A stretch of DNA of 47,839 nt, taken from positions 1 to 47,839 of the forward strand of contig JBFXBH010000005.1 in assembly GCA_050183355.1 (NCBI GenBank). Reading direction: 5' to 3'. Below, in pieces: positions 17,779-25,645 of this stretch. Source of the stretch: Vicinamibacterales bacterium (GTDB taxonomy: Bacteria; Acidobacteriota; Vicinamibacteria; Vicinamibacterales; UBA2999). The notes beneath the pieces were generated by a model. That model had not been told where the DNA came from and did not search any database. It saw only the letters and a list, made by a program, of their open reading frames with translations. The first letter of the stretch is position 1. Each line of letters starts with the position of its first letter. The translations under genes and the position numbers were made by a program.

Positions 17779-19084
17779 CGCCGGCATCGGCGCGAGCCTC
17801 ACGCTCCGGATCGAGAAGGCCGTGGCCGGCGGCGAGATGCTCGCCCGGCACGACGGACAGGTGGTCCTGGTGGCCGGCGCGATTCCGGGCGAACTGGTCC
17901 GGGCCCGGATGGACCGCGTCGTGGCGCGCACCGCCCGCGCCTCGGTCGTCGACGTCCTCGAGCCGTCGCCCTCACGGCGGCCGGGCCCACCGGACCCGGC
18001 GTGCGGCGGACAGGCATTCGCGCACATCGTGTATCCGGCGCAGACGGCGCTCAAGGCCGCGATCGTGCAGGACGCGTGGGAGCGGATTGCCCGGCTGGCG
18101 TGGCCGGGTACGCCGGCCGTGGCCGCGTCGCCCGAGCACGGCTACCGGATGCGCGCGCGGCTGCACGGCCGGGATGGCCGGATCGGATTCCTCCGGGAGG
18201 GCACGCATCAGGTGTGTGGCCCGGACGCCGGGGGGCAGTTGCTGCCCGGCACGGTGGCCTGGGTTCAGGATCTCGAGCGACAGGCCGCGACGGACGGCGT
18301 GCGCGTCTCGGCGATCGAGCTGACTGAAGACGTCAGCGGGGCGGTGCGGGCCGCGCATCTCGACGTGAGCCGCACGCCGTCCGCGGCACTGCTGCGCGTG
18401 GCCGGAGCCGCGGGGCCCGTCTCGTGGTCGCCCGCGCCGTCCGACACGAGTCCGCGTGGCCGGCGGCCAGGCGGGGCCGCGCGGCACGGCGGACCGGTGA
18501 CCGGCGATGCCAGCCTCGTGGACGCCGTGGTGCCGGCACCCGGCGCGTCCGGCGTGCCGCTCCGGCGCCATGCGCGCGCGTTCTTCCAGGGGAACCGGTA
18601 TCTGCTCGCGCCGCTGGTGCAGCACGTGGTCGCGGCCAGCACGTCAGGACCCGTGCTGGATCTGTACGCGGGCGTCGGCGTGTTTGGTCTCGGCGCCGCT
18701 GCCGTGGGGCGCGGCCCCGTCGTCTGCGTGGAGGGCGACGCCGTGAGTGGTGCTGACCTCGTCGAGAATGCGGCGCCGTTCGCGGACGTGCAGACCGTAC
18801 ATGCGCCCGTCGAACGCTACGTCAGCAGTCCGGCCGCCAGCCGGTTCGCGCCGAGAACCGTGATCGTCGACCCGCCGCGCACGGGCCTGCTGCCGGAAGC
18901 GGCCCGCGCCGTCGGCCGTCTCGCGTCCGACCGCATCGTCTTCGTGTCCTGTGACCCGGCGACGTTCGCGCGCGACGCGAAGCTGCTCGACGAGGGCGGC
19001 TTCAGCCTTTCATCACTCACGGTCTTTGACCTCTTTCCAAACACCGCGCACATCGAGTCGGTCGGCGTCTTCGACCGGCGCTAG
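17771..19084 (+). CDS. class I SAM-dependent RNA (uracil-5-)methyltransferase, TRAM/RumA(TrmA) family
   Basis: ORF 17771..19084. The N-terminal TRAM-like segment is LTLRIEKAVAGGEMLARHDGQVVLVAGAIPGELV. The SAM motif is VLDLYAGVGVFGL. The catalytic end is VDPPRTG ... FVSCDPATFARDAKLL ... LFPNTAHIESV. The usual 4-Cys cluster is not evident. Confidence 0.8.
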   Translation: MSDAGIGASLTLRIEKAVAGGEMLARHDGQVVLVAGAIPGELVRARMDRVVARTARASVVDVLEPSPSRRPGPPDPACGGQAFAHIVYPAQTALKAAIVQDAWERIARLAWPGTPAVAASPEHGYRMRARLHGRDGRIGFLREGTHQVCGPDAGGQLLPGTVAWVQDLERQAATDGVRVSAIELTEDVSGAVRAAHLDVSRTPSAALLRVAGAAGPVSWSPAPSDTSPRGRRPGGAARHGGPVTGDASLVDAVVPAPGASGVPLRRHARAFFQGNRYLLAPLVQHVVAASTSGPVLDLYAGVGVFGLGAAAVGRGPVVCVEGDAVSGADLVENAAPFADVQTVHAPVERYVSSPAASRFAPRTVIVDPPRTGLLPEAARAVGRLASDRIVFVSCDPATFARDAKLLDEGGFSLSSLTVFDLFPNTAHIESVGVFDRR

Positions 19085-19131
19085 CCGGCGGTTCGGTCTA
19101 AAGTGACCATGAATTCGTTCAAGGAGAAGCC

Positions 19132-20415
19132 ATGAGATTCCGCTCCGTCGCGCTCTGCATCGGGGTTCTTGCCGGCAGCATGGCCGGCGTGCTCCTGCTG
19201 AACGAGGCGCGCCTGGTCGCGCAGGAGCGCCCTGTGCCGGCGACGACGAAATACGTCCGCCTGAAGACGCCGAGGATTCTGCCGATCGAGGCGAAGGACT
19301 ACACGCCCGAACAGAAGGCCGCGGTGGGCACCACCAACGCGAACCTGAACTTCCGCACGGCGCTCTACGAGCCCGAGCTCGGCAAACGCTGGTGGAGCTG
19401 GCTCACGTTCGTGTGGAGTCCGGAAGGCCGCGGCGACGCCGCGCTCACGCTCCGTGACAAGGAGCTCGTGATTCTCCGGACGAACTGGAACTGCCACGAC
19501 GACTGGGTCTGGGGCCGCCACGTACCGATCGCCAGGCGTGAAGGGCGGACGGATGCGGAGATTCAGCGCATCCCGAAGGGGCCGGACGCGCCGGGCTGGA
19601 GCGAAAAGGACCGCGCGCTGCTGAAAGCGGCGGATGAGCTCCACACCGATCAGTTCATCACGGACGCGACCTGGACGATCCTGACGAAGTACTACAACAC
19701 GGCGCAGATGCTCGACATCATCTTCATGGTCGGCAACTACCACCTGAACGCGATGTACACGAACAGCGTCGGCATGCCGATGGACGGCGTCGACGGGATG
19801 CCGGCGGATGCGCACGGGCAGCGGCCGAAGCCGTTGGCCGCGAAGTACGTCAGGCTGGCGACGCCGCGGATCGTGCCCATCGAGATCAAGGACTTCACGC
19901 CGGAGCAGAAGGCCGCGGTCGGCGACAACAAGAACCCGAATCTCAACTTCCGCTCGGCGCTGTACGCGCCGGAGTTCGGGAAGCGGTGGTGGAGCTGGCT
20001 CACGTTCATCTGGAGTCCGAACGGCCGCGGCGACCATGCGCTCACGCTCCATGACAAGGAGCTGGTGATTCTCCGCACCAACTGGAACTGCAACGACGAC
20101 TGGGTGTGGGGGCAGCACGTGCCGATCGCGAAGCGCGAAGGGCGCAGCGACGAGGACATCGCGCGCATTCCGAAAGGGCCGGCCGCGGCGGGCTGGAGTG
20201 AGAAGGATCGCGCGCTGCTGAAGGCGGCGGATGAGCTCCACACCGACCAGTTCCTCACCGATGCGACATGGAAGACGCTGACCACGTACTACAACACGGC
20301 GCAGATGATCGACCTGATGTTCACGGTCGGCAACTACCATCTCAACGCGATGTACACGAACAGTGCCGGTATGCCGTTTCAGCCCGGCTTCGGCGGCCTG
20401 CCCGCCAGGAACTGA
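19132..20415 (+). CDS. exported protein made of two tandem carboxymuconolactone decarboxylase (CMD/AhpD-like) domains
   Basis: ORF 19132..20415. AAGGAG lies 5 nt upstream. The signal peptide is MRFRSVALCIGVLAGSMAGVLLLNEARLVAQ. The CMD-like core ELVILRTNWNCxDDWVWGxHVPIAxREG is present twice. Confidence 0.75.
   Translation: MRFRSVALCIGVLAGSMAGVLLLNEARLVAQERPVPATTKYVRLKTPRILPIEAKDYTPEQKAAVGTTNANLNFRTALYEPELGKRWWSWLTFVWSPEGRGDAALTLRDKELVILRTNWNCHDDWVWGRHVPIARREGRTDAEIQRIPKGPDAPGWSEKDRALLKAADELHTDQFITDATWTILTKYYNTAQMLDIIFMVGNYHLNAMYTNSVGMPMDGVDGMPADAHGQRPKPLAAKYVRLATPRIVPIEIKDFTPEQKAAVGDNKNPNLNFRSALYAPEFGKRWWSWLTFIWSPNGRGDHALTLHDKELVILRTNWNCNDDWVWGQHVPIAKREGRSDEDIARIPKGPAAAGWSEKDRALLKAADELHTDQFLTDATWKTLTTYYNTAQMIDLMFTVGNYHLNAMYTNSAGMPFQPGFGGLPARN
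19249..20415 (+). repeat. intragenic tandem duplication, period 594 bp (198 codons); unit 1 is 19249-19842 and unit 2 is 19843 to about 20412
   Basis: KYVRLKTPRILPIE... (from 19249) and KYVRLATPRIVPIE... (from 19843) stay collinear to ...VGNYHLNAMYTNS.GMP. By eye they are about 80% identical at protein level and similar at DNA level. Confidence 0.9.
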
Positions 20416-20558
20416 TGCCGACATGGCGATGCCCGCAGGCACCGGCGGATCCATGCTCGAACCTGGGCGCCTCGAGGGGCTGATCCCCGATGTCCCGCGT
20501 CCCCGCGCCGGAAACACCATCACCGTCGTCGCGCTCCCGCGCTGAGAGAGGACCAGTC

Positions 20559-21578
20559 ATGAGTACCCGCCGATATCGTCTGAACACCCTGGCCTTCGCC
20601 GCCGTGCTGGCGGCGTGCGCGCTCGCGACGACGCGCGACGTCCGCACGCAGTCGTCGGGCCCGCTCGAGGGGGCGGCAATCACGCGCCTCGGTGTCGTCG
20701 TGCCCGATCTCCAGAAGACCGTCCAGAAGTACGCGGAAGTATTCGGGACCACGGCCCCGCGGATTCAGAAGGAGTCGATCGACCTTCCGAATGGATCCAA
20801 GGTGGACGTCAACGTCGCCCGCCTCGTCGAGCCCGGTTTCCAGTTCGAGATCTACGAACCGATCGGCAAGACCGGCCCCATCGCCGAGTACCTGCAGAAG
20901 TACGGACGCGGCCACTACTCCATGGGCCTCAGCGTCAGCGGCAACGTCGACGAGATCCGGCAGACGATGCAGAAGCAGGGCGGGATATGGACCGCCGGGA
21001 AAGCGGGTGGGGACTACGCGTATCTCGACTTCAAAGAACGGCTCGGCGGAACCATCAAGGTCGTCCGCGAGCCGGTGCCTGCCAGGCCGGATCCGCTTCC
21101 CGAGCAGACCGGCATCTTCGGCGGCCGTCCGCTGGGACACGTCGGCGTCGCGACGACGAACATCGAAGACACGCACAAGGGCTTCATCGAGATCCTCGGT
21201 GTGGCGAACCTGCCGATTGGCATCGTGCCGCGCCAGGTGCCCGACATGACGTGGCCCTACCCGCCCGGGAGCAAATGGAATCCGAACGTGAAGCTGCGGC
21301 ACGTCATTCTTCGCCTGGGAAGCGTCGGCATCGAGCTCATCGAGTCATTGGGCGGGCCTACGCCGTGGACGGACGCGGTCGAGAAGTACAAAGGGACGAC
21401 GTTCCAGCACATTGCCGTGGGACGCGGGAAGCACGAGTACGAGGCGTGGGTGAAGATGGGGATGGCCACCGGGGCGAAGTGGACGAACGGCTCGATTCCA
21501 GGCCGGGGCGTCGTCCCGAACAGCGGCCCGTTCGCCTATCTCGACTGGACCGACAGCCTCGGCCTGGTGATCGAATAG
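20559..21578 (+). CDS. lipoprotein with two VOC (glyoxalase/bleomycin-resistance/dioxygenase) fold domains
   Basis: Frame of ORF 20490..21578, trimmed to MSTRRYRLNTLAFAAVLAAC (lipobox LAAC) with GAGAGAGGA upstream. ITRLGVVVPDLQKTVQKYAEVFG and LGHVGVATTNIEDTHKGFIEILG are VOC-like beta-alpha-beta starts. Confidence 0.62.
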   Translation: MSTRRYRLNTLAFAAVLAACALATTRDVRTQSSGPLEGAAITRLGVVVPDLQKTVQKYAEVFGTTAPRIQKESIDLPNGSKVDVNVARLVEPGFQFEIYEPIGKTGPIAEYLQKYGRGHYSMGLSVSGNVDEIRQTMQKQGGIWTAGKAGGDYAYLDFKERLGGTIKVVREPVPARPDPLPEQTGIFGGRPLGHVGVATTNIEDTHKGFIEILGVANLPIGIVPRQVPDMTWPYPPGSKWNPNVKLRHVILRLGSVGIELIESLGGPTPWTDAVEKYKGTTFQHIAVGRGKHEYEAWVKMGMATGAKWTNGSIPGRGVVPNSGPFAYLDWTDSLGLVIE

Positions 21579-21586
21579 CTGCCGCC

Positions 21587-22420
21587 TCAGGTGGCAGGTC
21601 CCAGGCCGGAATCACCAGTACGCCCGGATGACACCGCAGAGCCGCGGCCCGGGCCATGGCTCGTTCGACGCCGAGACGCACCCGGCCCGATAGCGCCATC
21701 TCGGCGCCCGGCGGCGGCGCGGGTGAGGGCCGCGAAGAGGCAGCGGAACTGGCCCGTGCGCCAGAAGTTCTCGGGGTGAAACTGCACGGCCAGGAGGAAC
21801 GCGTGCGCGGGGTCTTCGACGGCTTCGACGATGCCGTCGGGCGCGGTCGCCGCGACGAGCAATCCTGTGCCAAGGCGGTCGATCGCCTGGTGGTGGCGGC
21901 TGTTGACCAGCGCCCACTCATCAGCTCGCGCCGCGCTCAGCACGCGGGCGAGCAGCGTGTCCGGCTCGACCGTGAGCGGGTGGGCGAGTGTCTGCGGCGT
22001 GGCGTCGTCCTCGTGCGTGACGCCGCCGGGACGCAGGGACGGCACGTCCTGGACGAGCGTGCCGCCGCGGGCGACGTTGAGCACCTGCAGGCCCCGGCAG
22101 ATGGCCAGCGCCGGGAGGCCCCGGGTGGACACGGCGTCGCAGACGGCGAGCTCGAACGCGTCGCGCTCCGGCTCGGGCGGATTCGTGGCCGGATGCGCCA
22201 TCTGGCCGTAGCGGCCCGGGTCGACGTCGACGCCGCCGGTGAGCAGCACGCCGTCCGCGCCCGCCAGCGCCTCGAGACCGCCACGGAAGTCGACGACGAA
22301 CGGATCGCCGCCGCCTGCGCGCACGGCGTCGAGGTAGTCCGCCTGCTTGTGCGCGGCGCAGGCCGTGACGGCGATGCGCGGCCGCGTGGAAGGCGGCGTG
22401 GACGGCGGCGTGCCCGTCAC
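21587..22420 (-). CDS. class I glutamine amidotransferase, gamma-glutamyl-GABA hydrolase-like (peptidase C26)
   Basis: ORF 21587..22420. LLTGGVDVDPGRYG, LPALAICRGLQVLNVARGGTLVQDV (nucleophile Cys) and LAVQFHPE are present. GTGA overlap with the argS stop. Confidence 0.8.
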   Translation of the reverse strand: MTGTPPSTPPSTRPRIAVTACAAHKQADYLDAVRAGGGDPFVVDFRGGLEALAGADGVLLTGGVDVDPGRYGQMAHPATNPPEPERDAFELAVCDAVSTRGLPALAICRGLQVLNVARGGTLVQDVPSLRPGGVTHEDDATPQTLAHPLTVEPDTLLARVLSAARADEWALVNSRHHQAIDRLGTGLLVAATAPDGIVEAVEDPAHAFLLAVQFHPENFWRTGQFRCLFAALTRAAAGRRDGAIGPGASRRRTSHGPGRGSAVSSGRTGDSGLGPAT

Positions 22421-24453
22421 ATCCGGGGCGGGACGCCGATGCCCATGAGGTCCAGGGCCTGCGTGAGCTGACGCCGCAGATAGACGATCGCCGCGGCGCG
22501 CCAGCGGCGGGCGTCGTCGCGCTCCTCATTGAGGATCTGCGACCGGTGGTAGAAGGCGTTGAACGCCTGTGCCAGCGAGAACGCGTACTTCGCCAGCACG
22601 GAGAACTCGAGCGAGCGGATCACCTGATCGACGACTTCGTCCAGCCGCGACGCCTCCAGCACCAGCGCCCACAGCTCGTGGTCGCCGTGCTCACCGGTCA
22701 GCTCGTCCGGCGGCAGGGACGGGAGGGACGCCACGACGGCCGCCTCGTCGAGGCCGTCGCGCTGCTGCAGCTTCTGGAAGATGTTGTTCGCGCGGACGAC
22801 GGCGTACTGCACGTACGGGCCGCTCTCGCCCTCGAAGCTCAGCGCCTCGTCCAGGTCGAACGCGATGACCTTGCCGCGCGTGAACTTCACGAGGAAGTAG
22901 CGGACGGCGGCGACCGCGATTGTGTGGGCCGTGCGGGCCACGTCGGCCTCGGCGGCCTCAGGGTTCCGCTTCTCGACCTCGGCGCGCGCCTTGCCGATCA
23001 GGATGTCGATGAGGTCGTCCGCCTTGACGCCCAGGCCCTTGCGGCCCGAGACCTCCACGAACGGCTTCCGGGCCGCGGGCGAGTCGGGCGCAGGCGCGTG
23101 GCCGAGTTCTCGCGCCGTCGCGTGAGAGAGCGCCACCATCTCGTACGAGAAGTGGTGCGACTGCTCCGCGGCGTCGGGGTGGCCCGCGGCCACGAGCGCC
23201 TGCTTGAGCAGCTTCTGCAGGTAGGACTGCCGGACGTCGATCACGTTGTAGACGTACGCTGCGCCCCCGTACGGCGGATGGCCGTCCACGCCCCCGGTGG
23301 AGCACGTGGCCCACAGCGGACCCTGCGGACGCTCGGCGAACACGCGGTACTGGAAGTCGCGGCCGAGCAGGCCGAGCTTCCAGAACTGGTACGCGATGTC
23401 CTTGCCCACGTAGGTCACCGTGCCGTTGGAGCGCACGATCACCTTCTCCCGCTGGTCGTCCTCGCCCTCGCCGTCCTCGTCGGCGGGTTCGTCCGGCGTC
23501 GGGGCGTCGTCGGCCTGCGGCGCGGCGTCGGAGACGTCCTCGTGGATGGGCATCACCCAGCAGCCCTTCAGCCGCCCCTCCGTCTGGAAGAACACGGCGC
23601 CACTGGCCTTCAGCACCTCGAACGCCCGCGCCCAGAACTGCAGCCGCAGGATGTCGCCCTCCCAGGTCAGCAGGTCGTAGTCGACGTTCAGGCGCGCCAT
23701 CGTGGCGAGGTGGGTCCGTACGATGCGGTCCGCGATGAACGCGGCCGCGTCGGCGTTCTCATTGCCGCCGTGTTCGATGTCGTGCAGCATGCGGGCCCGG
23801 TGCTCGAGGCGGGTCTTGTCGGCCTCGTACCACTCACCGACGCGCGCGTACAGGTCCCAGCAGTGGTAGTCGAAGCGCGTCGTGTCGGCGATCTGCCGGA
23901 TCTCGTCGAGCGTCCGGCCCTCGATCACGCGGAAGCCGACCACGACGTCCGCCACCTGGACGCCCGTGTCGTCGATGTAGTTCTGCACCTCGACGGGCAC
24001 GCCGCGATAGCGGAGCACGCGGACGAGCGTGTCGCCGAGCGCGGAGTTCCGGAGGTGGCCGATGTGCGCCGCCTTGTTCGGGTTGATGGCCGTGTGCTCC
24101 ACGATCGCCTTGCCGGCCGGCGGCGGCAGCGTGCGGGCTTCGTGCCGGAGGCGGGCGAGCAGGAACGGCACGCGGTCGAGGAACACGTTCAGGTGCCCGC
24201 TCGGCGCGGCCTGGATCGCGCGCACGCCGTCGAGCGTGCCGAACCCGGCGACGATCTCCTGCGCGATGACGCGCGGCGCCTTCTTGAGCCGGCGCGCCAG
24301 CTCGAACGCGACCGGCGTCGCGAGGTCGCCGAGCGCCCGCGTGGGCGGGTATTCGAGGACGATGGCCGGCAGCGCGTCCGGCGTGAGCCCGTAGAGGGCG
24401 GTCAGCACCTGATGGACGTGTGCGCGGAGTTGCTGCTGGAAAGGCAATATCAT
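22417..24453 (-). CDS. argS: arginine--tRNA ligase (long form, 678 aa)
   Basis: Frame of ORF 22417..24723, trimmed to MILPFQQQLRAHVHQVLTALYGL... EHTAINPNKAAHIGHLRNSALGD carries the HIGH-type motif. The C-terminal anticodon-binding domain ends ...GIGVPPRM. ATGA overlap with the mobA stop. Confidence 0.9.
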   Translation of the reverse strand: MILPFQQQLRAHVHQVLTALYGLTPDALPAIVLEYPPTRALGDLATPVAFELARRLKKAPRVIAQEIVAGFGTLDGVRAIQAAPSGHLNVFLDRVPFLLARLRHEARTLPPPAGKAIVEHTAINPNKAAHIGHLRNSALGDTLVRVLRYRGVPVEVQNYIDDTGVQVADVVVGFRVIEGRTLDEIRQIADTTRFDYHCWDLYARVGEWYEADKTRLEHRARMLHDIEHGGNENADAAAFIADRIVRTHLATMARLNVDYDLLTWEGDILRLQFWARAFEVLKASGAVFFQTEGRLKGCWVMPIHEDVSDAAPQADDAPTPDEPADEDGEGEDDQREKVIVRSNGTVTYVGKDIAYQFWKLGLLGRDFQYRVFAERPQGPLWATCSTGGVDGHPPYGGAAYVYNVIDVRQSYLQKLLKQALVAAGHPDAAEQSHHFSYEMVALSHATARELGHAPAPDSPAARKPFVEVSGRKGLGVKADDLIDILIGKARAEVEKRNPEAAEADVARTAHTIAVAAVRYFLVKFTRGKVIAFDLDEALSFEGESGPYVQYAVVRANNIFQKLQQRDGLDEAAVVASLPSLPPDELTGEHGDHELWALVLEASRLDEVVDQVIRSLEFSVLAKYAFSLAQAFNAFYHRSQILNEERDDARRWRAAAIVYLRRQLTQALDLMGIGVPPRM

Positions 24454-25043
24454 GGGTGTCTGTCGAGCGCGGCGTGATAGTCCCCGGGTGTATTGATGTT
24501 CAGCAGCAGGCGGCCGTCCGGATCGAACTCCCGGTAGTCTTCGGGGCCGACCGTGACGCACCGCAGCGTGCCGACCGCGTCCTGCACGCGCCGGACGCCC
24601 GCGTCGACCGCCACCCGGAGTGGCGCCGCCGCACGTCGATGATATGCCGCGCAGAGCGGATGCCGGCCGCCCGCGTCCTGCGGCAGCACGGCGTCGGCCG
24701 GTCCGAGCCGTTCCGCCAGCCATCGGAGGAACGGCCCCGTGACGAAGGGCATGTCGCCCGCCACCACGACGACCACGTCGGCGGGAGCTGCCACCAGCGC
24801 GGTGACGAGCGCGCCGAGCGCCCCGCCGTCGGGCAGCAGGTCGGGCACCAGCGGCAGGCCGGCTGGGCCGTGACCGGTCATCGAGCCGACCGCCAGCACG
24901 GACGGTGTGACCGCACGGGCGGCGTCGACCTGCCGCTCCAGAATCGTGCGGCCGCCGACCACCAGCGCGCTCTTGTCGGTCCCGCCGAGCCGGCGTCCGC
25001 GTCCGCCGACCAGCAGCGCCACACTGAACGTCGGCTCGGTCAC
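24450..25043 (-). CDS. mobA: molybdenum cofactor guanylyltransferase
   Basis: ORF 24450..25043. ALLVGGRGRRLGGTDKSAL, VVVAGDMPFVT and LLLNINTPGDY are MobA-typical motifs. Confidence 0.8.
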   Translation of the reverse strand: MTEPTFSVALLVGGRGRRLGGTDKSALVVGGRTILERQVDAARAVTPSVLAVGSMTGHGPAGLPLVPDLLPDGGALGALVTALVAAPADVVVVVAGDMPFVTGPFLRWLAERLGPADAVLPQDAGGRHPLCAAYHRRAAAPLRVAVDAGVRRVQDAVGTLRCVTVGPEDYREFDPDGRLLLNINTPGDYHAALDRHP

Positions 25044-25069
25044 GCTCTCGATTTCAACGTTATCACCGA

Positions 25070-25645
25070 ATGATCGAAGCCGGCATCGGTCGCCTGCTCG
25101 TCGCGAGCCTGCACCACGCGATCACGGAGCATCTGCCCACGCGGGTCGACTTCTACGAGGAGTGGCTCTCACCCAGAGGCCTGCGCGACGGCCGGATGGG
25201 CCTCGCACCGCTGCAGGCCGTGCTGAGCTTCCTGCGGCAGGAGGGCGAGGCCTACGAGACCGTGATGAGGCGGGCGGGTGAGCTCGCGGCCGACTGGTGG
25301 CTCGCGGAACTGCCGGGGATCCGCCGGTCGTCCGCCGGCACCGGGCCGTTGTGGTTGCGGGGCCGGCTCGTGGCTGGACTCTGCGCGGACTTCGTCCGGC
25401 AGACGTTCCGCGACAGTGCCGTCACGTCGAGCTGGAGCGGCGGGCAGGGACAGGTCGCGCTCGGGCACTCCGTGTTCTGCGACGTGCGGGGACACGACAG
25501 CGGGCGTGCCCTCTGCGGTTTCTACGTCGCGGCGTTCGGCGTCGTCCTGCCGGCGCTGGGCCTGCCGGCCACGGTGGAGGCGTCCTCGTGCCACGCGATG
25601 GGCGCGACGGCCTGCGTGCTGCGGATCGGGGCGGAGGCGCGGTGA
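25070..25645 (+). CDS. V4R (4-vinyl-reductase-type, small-hydrophobic-ligand-binding) domain protein
   Basis: ORF 25070..25645. The C-terminal pattern SVFCDVRGHDSGRALCGFYVAAFGVVLPALGLPATVEASSCHAMGATACVLRI matches the remembered V4R Cys/Gly pattern (C...C.F..G...G...E..C.A.G...C). The N-terminus has LPTRVDFYEEWL. Confidence 0.55.
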   Translation: MIEAGIGRLLVASLHHAITEHLPTRVDFYEEWLSPRGLRDGRMGLAPLQAVLSFLRQEGEAYETVMRRAGELAADWWLAELPGIRRSSAGTGPLWLRGRLVAGLCADFVRQTFRDSAVTSSWSGGQGQVALGHSVFCDVRGHDSGRALCGFYVAAFGVVLPALGLPATVEASSCHAMGATACVLRIGAEAR

